In this document: piece after piece, positions 27,281 through 36,606 of the stretch
How the letters are laid out: every line of letters starts with the position of its first letter
Position numbering within the stretch: position 1 is the first letter of the stretch
NCBI GenBank assembly: GCA_037917675.1
Contig: JAVCBW010000005.1
Location: 32,001 to 96,000 of the forward strand
Source: Thermoproteota archaeon
GTDB lineage: Archaea > Korarchaeota > Korarchaeia > B14-G2
DNA: 64,000 nt
Direction of reading: 5' to 3'
The notes under the pieces: model-generated
Told to the model about the DNA's origin: nothing
Database searches by the model: none
The model's input: the letters and a program-made list of their open reading frames with translations, nothing else
Position numbers and translations under genes: made by a program

Positions 27281-28513
27281 ATGGAGATTGAGAGCTATAA
27301 GAGGGAGATTTACAAGTGTATCCACTGCAAGACATGTAGGTTTGCCTACTCAGATGAACCTGACAGGATAGGTTATGGAAGCTATACTGGGATAGTTTAT
27401 GGGTGCTTAGCTGGAACCTATAACCTAGACTGGGAGGCATACTACAACTCTGGTAAAATGTGGATACTGAGAGGGATACTGGAAGGAGATGTCCCGATTA
27501 CAGAAGACCTGATAGATGTATTCTACATGTGTACTGAGTGTGGTAACTGCCAGCTCCAGTGTGAAAATGAGATACCGACAGTAGAGATATTCGAGACATT
27601 CAGAGCAGATCTGGTCAGATCTGGGATAGAAATTCATCCAAAGCATGAGAGGTTCACAGAGTTCGCAGTAAAGCTGAACAACCCATATGGGGAGCCTCAT
27701 GAGCAGAGGACAGAGTGGTTTGACGGCGAGAAGGATAGGAGGAGTGAGCTAGCATACTTCGTCGGGTGCACATCATCCTATAGGCTGCCGCATGTAGCTA
27801 AGGCTGTAGCAAGGCTTCTGAAGACAGCTGGGCTAGAGTTCCTGGTGTCAACAAGGGAAGTCTGCTGCGGCTCACCTCTACTGAGAGTTGGGCAGAGAGA
27901 TGTAGCGCTCAGCTTAGCTAAAAGGAACATAGAGAACTTCAAGGCAGCTGGAGTGAAGAAGATGCTGTTCTCATGTGCAGGATGCTATAGGACTTTCACA
28001 GTAGACTACCCGAAGCTCCTAGGTGACCAGCCGTTTGAGACTGTGAGTGTCATGGAGATGATAAAAGAGCTGATAGACAAGGGTGTGATAAAGCCTACAA
28101 AGAGCATAGATATGACTGTGACATGGCATGATCCATGCCACTTTGGTAGACACATCTACCTCTGGAAGAAGGGATCTGGAGCAAGCAAGGGAGAGCTCAG
28201 AGAATTTGCAAAGAAGTGGTTTGACATACCTAGGGAAGTACTGCATAGCATACCAGGACTCAAGGTCGTTGAGATGTATAGGAACAGGGAGAACTCTTGG
28301 TGCTGTGGAGCTGGAGGAGGAGTCAAGGCAGCTTACCCTGATATGGCTCTCTGGGCAGCCTATGAGAGGCTAAAAGAGGCTAAGGAGGCTGGAGCTGAGG
28401 CTGTAGTGACATCGTGCCCATTCTGTCTCAGGAACCTATCTGATGCAGCAAGGGAGTTCAAGAGTGATGTGAAGGTAATAGACCTAACTGAGCTAGTACT
28501 CCAGGCACTCTAA
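27281..28513 (+). CDS. Fe-S oxidoreductase, GlcF/HdrD type (two CCG domains)
   Basis: CIHCKTC, CTECGNC...C, CCGSP, HDPCH, CCGAGGG, CPFC; ATG 27281 after GGTGA. Confidence 0.87.
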   Translation: MEIESYKREIYKCIHCKTCRFAYSDEPDRIGYGSYTGIVYGCLAGTYNLDWEAYYNSGKMWILRGILEGDVPITEDLIDVFYMCTECGNCQLQCENEIPTVEIFETFRADLVRSGIEIHPKHERFTEFAVKLNNPYGEPHEQRTEWFDGEKDRRSELAYFVGCTSSYRLPHVAKAVARLLKTAGLEFLVSTREVCCGSPLLRVGQRDVALSLAKRNIENFKAAGVKKMLFSCAGCYRTFTVDYPKLLGDQPFETVSVMEMIKELIDKGVIKPTKSIDMTVTWHDPCHFGRHIYLWKKGSGASKGELREFAKKWFDIPREVLHSIPGLKVVEMYRNRENSWCCGAGGGVKAAYPDMALWAAYERLKEAKEAGAEAVVTSCPFCLRNLSDAAREFKSDVKVIDLTELVLQAL

Positions 28514-28542
28514 CCTACTCCACCATTGGATGTTGATGCAGC

Positions 28543-29376
28543 GTGACTGAGCTCGCCATAAAGCGTATAGAGCCTGTTGAGCTCTGGTTTATGAGGGAAG
28601 CTGCCTCAGTCACCTATACTGCTCTAGTGAAGCTAGGGTTCAGTAGAGCTGTTGAGCTCAGGCTATATAGGAGCTGGAGCAGGATGAGCAGAGAGCTCGC
28701 TGCTGAGCTCGCTGAAGTAGCATCTAGGCTTGGAGTAGAAGCCTCAGCAATCCAAGCCCCCTTCTCATCCTGTTCATTCCACCATGGCTGGCTTGACAAG
28801 CCTTGTATCTCGATAGCTCAGGATGCATATGAGGCTAAAAGGAGGGCTGTAGCTAGAGGAGAGCTGGAGCATGAAGTTGGGCACTCTGCTCTCCATGGCA
28901 GGCTCGAGTACTACCTGATCAGAGTACCGAAACCGCTGCTTAAGCTAGCAGATTTCATTGGAGAAGATGAGCTCCGTGAGCTGATACACATACTTGCCTC
29001 TGCTGTAAAGGATTATGAGGTCTCTGAGCTGCTTGCATCACGTGAGATCATAGGAAACCAGGTTGAGATGCTGCTGGAGCACCTTCCGGTATCTAGTGTT
29101 GAAGTGGATGCTGTAGCTAGAGGAGACCTTGTTGCGCTCGCAAATTTGGCTAAGCCGTTCTTCTGTGCTGCTCCGATAGCTGGGAAGTCTGGTGTCCTCA
29201 GGGAGGCTATGAGGAGAGAGGCAGCTAAGCTGCCTAGGTATGCTGAGGAAGCTGTTTACATGGCCATCTCCAGAGTTGCTGCAGCAGGCAGCTTCCATGA
29301 GAGGCTTAGGGAAGCCTCAGAGGTGCTGCTCAACACAGCTGCTAGAGATAACGATTTAAGCCTGGATGTAAGCTAG
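28543..29376 (+). CDS. Hypothetical protein with HExxH metal-binding motif
   Basis: LEHEVGHSALHG plus downstream KDYEV. Confidence 0.6.
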   Translation: MTELAIKRIEPVELWFMREAASVTYTALVKLGFSRAVELRLYRSWSRMSRELAAELAEVASRLGVEASAIQAPFSSCSFHHGWLDKPCISIAQDAYEAKRRAVARGELEHEVGHSALHGRLEYYLIRVPKPLLKLADFIGEDELRELIHILASAVKDYEVSELLASREIIGNQVEMLLEHLPVSSVEVDAVARGDLVALANLAKPFFCAAPIAGKSGVLREAMRREAAKLPRYAEEAVYMAISRVAAAGSFHERLREASEVLLNTAARDNDLSLDVS

Positions 29377-29379
29377 TAC

Positions 29380-30156
29380 ATGATGAGCTGCAAGCTGTCT
29401 TCCCTAGCTTTAGTGGTGCTGCTAGCAGCAGCCTTGCTGGCAGCAGCCTACTACTGGAGGAAATGCAGAGCTCTTGAAGCTGGGCAGGCGCCTCTGAGGC
29501 CTAAGAGCTCTGAAGCTGAGGTCAGCTTCACGCCCACAGCTGTTGGAGAAGCTATTAAGCTGCCTCCACCCATCACTAGAGGAAATGTCAGCGTCGAGGA
29601 GGCTATCTCACGGAGGAGATCCGTCAGAAGCTATGCTGACAAGCCTCTTAGCCTGCTTCATGTGTCTCAGCTCCTGTGGGCAGCTCAGGGGATAACTGAT
29701 CCAGCTAGAGGGCTGAGGGCAGCGCCATCTGCTGGAGCTACATACCCGCTGGAGGTCTATGTTGTCGTGGGTGCTGGTGGGGTCATAGGGCTAGAGGCAG
29801 GCGTCTACAGGTACTATCCGGAGTCTCATGAGATAAAGCTGGTTAAGCTTGGAGATTTGAGGAAGATGCTTGCTGAAGCCTGCCTTGGACAGAGTTGGGT
29901 ACGTGAGGCACCAGTCAGCATAGTGATCACAGCAGTATACGAGAGGACGACATCAAGATATGGTGAGAGAGGGGAAAGATATGTACATATGGAGGCTGGG
30001 CATGTGGGAGAGAACATATACCTCGAGTGTGTGAGCCTTGGGCTAGGCTGCGTGGTTGTAGGGGCATTCTATGACCATGATGTAGCCCGCATACTCGCGA
30101 TTCCAGCAGGAGAGAGCCCGCTATATGTGATACCAGTAGGCTTCCCGAGAGCATAG
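29380..30156 (+). CDS. SagB/ThcOx-family nitroreductase with N-terminal membrane anchor
   Basis: RRRSVRSY, LLWAAQG, APSAGATYP, MEAGHVGEN. Confidence 0.87.
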   Translation: MMSCKLSSLALVVLLAAALLAAAYYWRKCRALEAGQAPLRPKSSEAEVSFTPTAVGEAIKLPPPITRGNVSVEEAISRRRSVRSYADKPLSLLHVSQLLWAAQGITDPARGLRAAPSAGATYPLEVYVVVGAGGVIGLEAGVYRYYPESHEIKLVKLGDLRKMLAEACLGQSWVREAPVSIVITAVYERTTSRYGERGERYVHMEAGHVGENIYLECVSLGLGCVVVGAFYDHDVARILAIPAGESPLYVIPVGFPRA

Positions 30157-30165
30157 GTGGTCTCG

Positions 30166-31929
30166 TTGCCTAGGATAGCTATAGTAGATGCTAAGAAGTG
30201 TAAGCCATCTAAGTGTGGGCTTGAGTGCATAAAGTACTGCCCGATAAACAGGAGTGGAGTAGAGGCTGTTCGGGTAGATGAGGAAGCAGACAAAGCTGTG
30301 ATAGATGAGGAGAAGTGCACTGGGTGTGGAATGTGTGTCAAGACCTGCCCATTTAACGCGATCACAGTCGTGAATGTGCCAGCTCCACTGGAGGGAGAGG
30401 AAGTCCACAGATATGGTGTAAATGGTTTTGTCCTCTATAGACTTCCTATAGTCAGATTTGAGGCTGCAACAGGGATTATCGGGAGCAATGGAGTTGGAAA
30501 GACAACAGTACTTAAGATACTCTCAGGGAGCCTGCTCCCCAACTTCGGTAGAGAGCATGGGCCTAGCGACTTCAAGGAAGTTGCGTCAGCATTCAAAGGA
30601 CACGAGCTACAGGCATACTTTAGGAAGCTCGCTGACGGCAGAATTAAGATCGTTGTCAAGCCTGAGATGATAGACAAGATCCCTCAGGTGGTTAAGGGGA
30701 CCGTCAGAGAAGTTGTAGAGAAGTTTGATGAGAGAGGGGAGGCTGATAAGGCAGTTGAGCTCATGGAGCTTAGTAAGCTGCTTGACAGAGACGTCAGTAA
30801 GCTGAGTGGAGGAGAGCTGCAGAGGCTAGCCCTCTGTGTTGCATATATCAGAGAAGCTGACGTCTACATGTTTGATGAGCCCTCAAACTACCTTGATGTC
30901 AGGCAGAGGATGAGAGCTGCTAAGCTCATCAGGGAGATAGTCTCCTATGGTAAGGCTGTAGTTTTAGTTGAGCACGACTTAGCTATGCTAGACTATGTCA
31001 GCGACATAGTGCACATACTCTATGGCGTCCCTGGAGCATATGGTATTGTAAGCCAGCCATATGGCACCAGAGTTGGAGTAAACGTCTTCCTAGAAGGCTA
31101 TCTCCCAGAGGAAAACGTGAGGTTGAGGAGAGAAGCCATAGAGTTCGAGAGGAAGAAGCCAGCTGACAAGAGGAGCGCATCCATCCTTTTCACATATGAG
31201 AGCTTTAAGGTAAGCTATGACAGCGGCTTCAAGCTTGAGGCTATGCCAGGTGACATAAGGAGAGGAGAGGTCATAGGATGTGTCGGGCCAAATGGCATAG
31301 GAAAGACGACATTCGTCATTGAGATAGCTCGCTTTCTAAGCTCATCTGGGTCAGGGGTAAAGGTCTCATATAAGCCTCAGTACATAAAGCCTACATTTGA
31401 CGGGACTGTGGAGGAGCTGCTCAAGACTGTTGGAAGAAGCTTCTATGGGACAAAGCTATATCAGACAGAGGTGATAGGCAGGCTAGAGCTCGGAAAGCTA
31501 CTTGACAGGAGGGTGCCCACTTTAAGTGGAGGAGAGCTTCAGCGGGTGGCTGTCGCAGCATGCCTGAGTAGAGAAGCAGACATATACCTGCTGGATGAGC
31601 CTAGTGCCCACTTAGATGTAGAGCAGAGGTATGCTATGGCCAAGGCTGTGGCTAGGAGAGTAGAGAGCATAGGAGCTGCGGCAGTCGTTGTCGAGCATGA
31701 CATAATGGCACTAGACTACCTAGCTGATAGGATAATCCTCTTTGATGGAGAGCCAGGCGTGCATGGAGTAGCTTCGCCTCCAATGCAACACTATGATGGA
31801 ATGAACAAGTTTCTAGAGAGTGTTGGGATAACCATCAGAAGAGACCCAAGCACAGGGAGGCCTAGGGTAAACAAGCCTGGAAGCAGGCTGGATAGAGAGA
31901 TGAGGAGCGCAGGCATATACTACCGGTGA
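30166..31929 (+). CDS. rli: Ribosome recycling ATPase ABCE1/RLI
   Basis: N-terminal 2x4Fe-4S (CKPSKC...C...CP; CTGCGMC...CP), two NBDs (GSNGVGKT, GPNGIGKT, LSGGELQR), RPRVNK. Confidence 0.96.
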   Translation: MPRIAIVDAKKCKPSKCGLECIKYCPINRSGVEAVRVDEEADKAVIDEEKCTGCGMCVKTCPFNAITVVNVPAPLEGEEVHRYGVNGFVLYRLPIVRFEAATGIIGSNGVGKTTVLKILSGSLLPNFGREHGPSDFKEVASAFKGHELQAYFRKLADGRIKIVVKPEMIDKIPQVVKGTVREVVEKFDERGEADKAVELMELSKLLDRDVSKLSGGELQRLALCVAYIREADVYMFDEPSNYLDVRQRMRAAKLIREIVSYGKAVVLVEHDLAMLDYVSDIVHILYGVPGAYGIVSQPYGTRVGVNVFLEGYLPEENVRLRREAIEFERKKPADKRSASILFTYESFKVSYDSGFKLEAMPGDIRRGEVIGCVGPNGIGKTTFVIEIARFLSSSGSGVKVSYKPQYIKPTFDGTVEELLKTVGRSFYGTKLYQTEVIGRLELGKLLDRRVPTLSGGELQRVAVAACLSREADIYLLDEPSAHLDVEQRYAMAKAVARRVESIGAAAVVVEHDIMALDYLADRIILFDGEPGVHGVASPPMQHYDGMNKFLESVGITIRRDPSTGRPRVNKPGSRLDREMRSAGIYYR

Positions 31930-32396
31930 CCTCTCCTGAACCTGTATAGGTATATCCTATGAGATGTAGCTACATCATGTAGGTCAACTACCTTAGCAGG
32001 CGTCCAGCCTTCGATCGAAAACTCATGGGAAACTATACGGACGCCATCCCTCAGCTCTCTCTCAAACTTCGGTCTAAGCATGTTGTTTGTTGAAGTCAGG
32101 AGGAATAGGGTAATCACATCCGCATCTGAAAGATCTACCTTGAACATGTCCATGTTTAGAACCTTAACCCTGTCCTGTAGCCTGAGATCCTCTACTTTCT
32201 TCCTGATCACCTCACAGAGGTCTCTTCTTATCTCGACAGCTACAGCCCTAGCACCGAAGTCTCTGGCAGCCATGATCACTATCCTGCCATCACCTGCCCC
32301 TAGATCATAGACTATCTCGCCAGGCCTCACCTCAGCTAGCTCAAGCATCCTTCTTGCTACAGGCTCAGGGGTTGGAACAAATGGCGCATGACTCAT
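31920..32396 (-). CDS. Archaeal protein-lysine methyltransferase (aKMT/Dot1-like)
   Basis: PFVPTPE, YDLGAGDGR, LFLL...N..LRPK, VSHEF, IYLY; size and motifs fit crenarchaeal aKMT. Confidence 0.82.
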   Translation of the reverse strand: MSHAPFVPTPEPVARRMLELAEVRPGEIVYDLGAGDGRIVIMAARDFGARAVAVEIRRDLCEVIRKKVEDLRLQDRVKVLNMDMFKVDLSDADVITLFLLTSTNNMLRPKFERELRDGVRIVSHEFSIEGWTPAKVVDLHDVATSHRIYLYRFRRGHR

Positions 32397-32397
32397 G

Positions 32398-32565
32398 CTA
32401 TGACCCTAATGCCTTCTTCAATATAGCTACGACTTCGTCTTCCATTACAAGCCTACAACTCCCTTCTATGTCAGAGTCAAAGTAGGGGCACTCATTGCAG
32501 CACTCCTTTGGGTCATTTCCAGCCTTCACACAGTAGAAGTACTTAGGGCATCTCTCGCAGCACAA
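32398..32565 (-). CDS. 55-aa cysteine-rich microprotein (not in ORF track)
   Basis: MCCERCPKYFYCVKAGNDPKECCNECPYFDSDIEGSCRLVMEDEVVAILKKALGS; TTG start after GGGTGG; stop 1 nt before the methyltransferase ATG. Confidence 0.7.
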   Translation of the reverse strand: MCCERCPKYFYCVKAGNDPKECCNECPYFDSDIEGSCRLVMEDEVVAILKKALGS

Positions 32566-32720
32566 TCAGCCCACCCTGTAAGCCATCCTCTGCAACGTTA
32601 TCCCAGATGAGGTTATATCTGTTTCGCGTCGACCACATGGATCGCCTAGCAGGTACTCTGTGAGAAATCACCCCTAAGCTTAAAAGTGGCATCAAGTATG
32701 CCTTGAGAGAGGGTGTAGAG

Positions 32721-33929
32721 ATGGCTAAGAACATCTACGTTGAGGAATACGCTGGAGTACCGGTAGCGGAGCAGAAAATGGAAATCGTAGAGAGAAAGGG
32801 GGTAGGGCACCCAGATACAATATGTGATTCTATAATGGAGGCTCTCTCAGTAGAGCTGAGCAAGGAGTACCTCAAGAGGTTTGGTAGGATATACCACTAC
32901 AATGTAGATAAGGGGATGCTGGTTGCAGGGAGGTCTGAGAAGGCGTTTGGAGGAGGTAGAGTTATAGAGCCTATGCTCCTCGTATTTGGAGATAGAGCAA
33001 CGAGATATGTAGGCGACGATGAAGTCCCTATAGGTGAGATAGCTGTAGAGACAGCTAAAAGGTGGTTTAGAGATAACCTTAGATATGTTGACCCAGATGA
33101 GCATGTGAGGTATCAGATTGAGATAAAGGAGGGGTCTGAGGAGCTAAGAGACATTTTTGAGAGGGGAGAAAAGGTTCTTGGAGCAAATGACACGTCAGCT
33201 GCAGTAGGATATGCGCCTCTAACACCTCTTGAGAAGGCAGTCTTAGAGCTAGAGAGGTATATGAACTCCAGGGACTTTAAGAGGAGGTTTCCTGAGACTG
33301 GAGAGGATATAAAGGTCATGGGCCTTAGGTTTATCGATGAAGTCGTGTTCACAGTCGCTATGTCCTTCGTAGACAGGCACGTCGAGAGCTTAAGCGACTA
33401 CTTCAGGAGGAAAAGCGAAGTACTTAATGATGTCAGAGAATATCTGAGTAGGAAGATCGACATGAAGTTTAGGATAGACTTAAACACGCTAGATGACCCC
33501 TCTAGGGGGATGGGGGGAGTTTATCTGACAGTAACTGGGACTTCAGCTGAAGACGCTGACTGTGGGGAAGTTGGTAGAGGGAACAGAGTGAATGGCGTCA
33601 TACCTCTGAACAGGCCTGTCAGCAACGAAGCTGCAGCAGGGAAGAACCCAGTGAGCCACGTTGGGAAGATATACAACATACTCTCACATAAGCTAGCTGA
33701 GAAGATATATGGTGAGGTACCAGGGATAAGAGAGGTCTATGTGTGGCTGTTAAGCCAGATAGGCAGGCCCATAGATGACCCTCTAGCTGCGACAGTTGAG
33801 GTTAAGCTTGAAGATGGTGTTAAGCTCACTGATGTCAGAGAGAGGATCACTGACATAGTTGACGGGGAGCTCTCGAGGATTTCAGATTTCTGTATGGAGC
33901 TTGCGCTAGGGAAGCATAGGGTATGCTAG
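32721..33929 (+). CDS. mat: S-adenosylmethionine synthetase (archaeal type)
   Basis: EIVERKGVGHPD, ANDTS, GEDIKVMG, VGRGNR, AGKNPVSHVGKIYN. Confidence 0.96.
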   Translation: MAKNIYVEEYAGVPVAEQKMEIVERKGVGHPDTICDSIMEALSVELSKEYLKRFGRIYHYNVDKGMLVAGRSEKAFGGGRVIEPMLLVFGDRATRYVGDDEVPIGEIAVETAKRWFRDNLRYVDPDEHVRYQIEIKEGSEELRDIFERGEKVLGANDTSAAVGYAPLTPLEKAVLELERYMNSRDFKRRFPETGEDIKVMGLRFIDEVVFTVAMSFVDRHVESLSDYFRRKSEVLNDVREYLSRKIDMKFRIDLNTLDDPSRGMGGVYLTVTGTSAEDADCGEVGRGNRVNGVIPLNRPVSNEAAAGKNPVSHVGKIYNILSHKLAEKIYGEVPGIREVYVWLLSQIGRPIDDPLAATVEVKLEDGVKLTDVRERITDIVDGELSRISDFCMELALGKHRVC

Positions 33930-34582
33930 CTGAAGGAGAGCAGCATAGGATAGGAGCTACCATAGCTCTAGCACTCCTACTTGTAGCCTCATATGTGCTT
34001 GTGGAAGCTGAGGGAGGCGCTAGTAGGCTAGCCTATAGGTATGGGCTTGTACCTAGGCGTATAGTAGAGGGGAGAGCCCTGTATACGCTGCTAACATCTA
34101 TGTTCCTCCATGCTAACATCCTTCACCTAGCTGCTAACACCATAATGCTTCTGATTGCAGGCGGGGCTGTTGAGAGGAAAGCTGGAGGAGCCAAGCTTGC
34201 TATCATATTCTTTGCCTCAGGGGTATTTGGCGGGTACGCCTATGCGCTGACAGCTCCAACATCAACTACACCTGCAATAGGAGCCTCAGGTGGGGTATAT
34301 GGGGTTATTGCAGCCATGATGCTAATAGACCCATTTGCGATCACGTTGGTGGGCTTCATACCTCTGCCGGCTTTCCTCGGAGGGCTTATCTTGGCAGGGA
34401 TGGAGGTCTACTTTATCAAGGTCGGTGCAGCCGAGTATATTGCTCACACGGCGCATGCAGCTGGAATGGTGGTTGGGGGGCTTATGGCTATCGTACTTGA
34501 GCCTAGGAAGGCTATTAGAGGCCTCCTCGTGCTTGCTGCCACTCTTCTAGTGATCTACTACCTTTGGAGAGCTCTCCTCTAG
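33923..34582 (+). CDS. Rhomboid intramembrane serine protease
   Basis: TSMFLHANILHLAAN, GASG (catalytic Ser), AHTAH (catalytic His). Confidence 0.88.
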   Translation: MLAEGEQHRIGATIALALLLVASYVLVEAEGGASRLAYRYGLVPRRIVEGRALYTLLTSMFLHANILHLAANTIMLLIAGGAVERKAGGAKLAIIFFASGVFGGYAYALTAPTSTTPAIGASGGVYGVIAAMMLIDPFAITLVGFIPLPAFLGGLILAGMEVYFIKVGAAEYIAHTAHAAGMVVGGLMAIVLEPRKAIRGLLVLAATLLVIYYLWRALL

Positions 34583-35027
34583 GCTTGTGCCTATAGGCTC
34601 TGCTCTCACTTATGATGTGAACTACCTCTATACCCATGGAGGACAGCGTGTCAGATATGTACCTGCGATGACATCTAAACCACAGAGCTTCAGCACACAT
34701 TAGAGCAGTTGTCCCTAGCTTAGATATCTCTATGAGCTCTCTTATCCCCTGCCTGTAGCTATCAGTCTTGGTGTACTCCTTGTATCCTCCTCTCCTAAAG
34801 CCACCTAGGAGGCTACCTAGCCAGTAGTACCTTATCCCAGCTCTCGCCAGCTCAGCTTCAAGCAGCTCCCTGTTGAACTGTGGGTTCTTCCTGGATCTGG
34901 GGAATCGCCTGACGTCAACTAGCACCTCCACACCATAAGCCTTCAAGATTGAAATCAGCTGGCTTAGCTCTCTAGCTGAGTGCCCTACCGTGTATATCCT
35001 GAGGCCATCTGGCAAGCTTAATACCAT
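34515..35027 (-). CDS. DUF488-family protein
   Basis: IYTVGHS, LVDVRRFP.S, LGG.R, ALMCAE...CHR. Confidence 0.88.
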   Translation of the reverse strand: MVLSLPDGLRIYTVGHSARELSQLISILKAYGVEVLVDVRRFPRSRKNPQFNRELLEAELARAGIRYYWLGSLLGGFRRGGYKEYTKTDSYRQGIRELIEISKLGTTALMCAEALWFRCHRRYISDTLSSMGIEVVHIISESRAYRHKPRGELSKGSRSLEEWQQARGGL

Positions 35028-35161
35028 GAGGCCCGTGTGCCTATGGCCTTAAATTTCGCTGTGCTCCTGCAGTCTGCAGGTGTCGATCAGAGTAGGATGT
35101 AAGCTTGAGCTACAGCGACAACTCTTATAAGCCTGTCTAGCCGCTTAGCGTAGGTGTTCAG

Positions 35162-36604
35162 ATGCTGAAGCCTGTTAGAAAAGACAGCTACATCTGGGAG
35201 ATACCCAAGGCACCTGAGAGAGGTATGAGAGTACCTGTCACAATATACTCAGATGACATCCTGCTGGAGAAGATGCAGAGCGATAGGACACTAGTTCAGG
35301 CAGCTAATGTGGCTGCTCTCCCAGGGGTCCAGAAGCATGTGATCGTGCTGCCTGATGGACATGAAGGCTATGGGTTCCCGATAGGAGGAGTTGCTGCATT
35401 CAACATCGATGACGGAGTGATATCACCTGGTGGAATAGGCTATGACATAAACTGTGGAGTCAGAGTGCTGACGACTCCATTCAGAGAAGATGATGTGAAG
35501 CCTAAGATGAGAGAGCTGATCAGCGAGATGTTTAGGCTTGTCCCATGTGGTGTCGGGAGCAGAAGCAAGCTGAAGCTGAGCTTTGCTGAGCTGGACAGAG
35601 TATGCGTCGAAGGCGTAAACTGGGCGCTCAGGAGAGGCTTTGGATTCCCAGAGGACAATGAGAGGCTTGAGGAGGAAGGGAGCATGGAAGGAGCAGACCC
35701 CAGGTATGTCTCTAATAGAGCTAAGAGCAGAGGGCTAGAGCAGCTTGGGACACTGGGCGCAGGAAACCACTTTCTGGAGATACAGGTTGTAGACAAGATC
35801 TACAGTCCAGGGGTAGCTAAGGAGTTTGGGATAAGAGAGGAGGGTATGGTAACAGTTATGATACACACTGGGTCAAGAGGCTTTGGGCATCAGGTTGCAT
35901 CAGACTACATAGCTGTGCTCCAGAAGGCAGTCAAGAAGTATGGGTTAAAGATACCAGACAGGGAGCTTGTGTGTGCTCCATGGGGTAGCAAGGAAGCTGA
36001 GCAGTACTTTGCAGCAATGGTGTGCGCAGTGAACTTTGCATTCACAAATAGGCATATAATAATGCATCAGGTGAGGGAAGCTTTTGGAAGAGTGTTCGGG
36101 GCACACATCAAGGATGAGATAAGGCTAGTCTATGATGTGTGCCATAACATAGGCAAGATAGAGGAGCATGAAGTCGATGGAAAGACGATGAAGCTCATAG
36201 TCCATAGGAAGGGCGCTACAAGAGCGTTTGGGCCAGGGAGAAGCGAGCTTCCGAAAGCCTACAGGAGCATAGGGCAGCCTGTGCTCATACCAGGTAGCAT
36301 GGGAACTGCTAGCTACATCCTAGTTGGGATAAAGGATGGAGAGAAGCTGGCTTTCGCCAGCACAGCACATGGCGCAGGAAGGCTGATGTCCAGAGCTGCA
36401 GCAGTCAGAAGGTGGAGAGGAGAGCAGATAAGTGGAGAGCTCAGCAGGAGGGGGATAGTCCTCAAGGCAGCTAGCATGAGAGTAGTCGCAGAGGAGGCTC
36501 CTCAGGCATATAAGGACGTAGATAGGGTGGCTGAGGTATCACATAAAGTTGGGCTTGCGAAGAAGGTTAGTAGGATGGTGCCTATCGGGGTCGTCAAGGG
36601 CTAG
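35162..36604 (+). CDS. rtcB: tRNA-splicing ligase RtcB (no intein)
   Basis: PDGHEGYGFPIGG, GYDINCG, GNHFLE, HTGSRG, HRKGAT, PGSMG, HGAGR, YKD. Confidence 0.96.
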   Translation: MLKPVRKDSYIWEIPKAPERGMRVPVTIYSDDILLEKMQSDRTLVQAANVAALPGVQKHVIVLPDGHEGYGFPIGGVAAFNIDDGVISPGGIGYDINCGVRVLTTPFREDDVKPKMRELISEMFRLVPCGVGSRSKLKLSFAELDRVCVEGVNWALRRGFGFPEDNERLEEEGSMEGADPRYVSNRAKSRGLEQLGTLGAGNHFLEIQVVDKIYSPGVAKEFGIREEGMVTVMIHTGSRGFGHQVASDYIAVLQKAVKKYGLKIPDRELVCAPWGSKEAEQYFAAMVCAVNFAFTNRHIIMHQVREAFGRVFGAHIKDEIRLVYDVCHNIGKIEEHEVDGKTMKLIVHRKGATRAFGPGRSELPKAYRSIGQPVLIPGSMGTASYILVGIKDGEKLAFASTAHGAGRLMSRAAAVRRWRGEQISGELSRRGIVLKAASMRVVAEEAPQAYKDVDRVAEVSHKVGLAKKVSRMVPIGVVKG

Positions 36605-36606
36605 TG

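Noticed and set aside
29380-30156. Thiazole/oxazole-modified RiPP cluster
   Set aside because: No YcaO, E1-like protein or adjacent precursor; stand-alone SagB-type nitroreductases are common in archaea.
32543-32734. 63-aa ORF from the track, and a possible SAM riboswitch beside mat
   Set aside because: The ORF overlaps the mat start region and the better-supported Cys-rich ORF; I could not match a SAM-I consensus core.
35162-36604. Intein in rtcB
   Set aside because: The usual site GYDINCG is uninterrupted and the protein has normal length.
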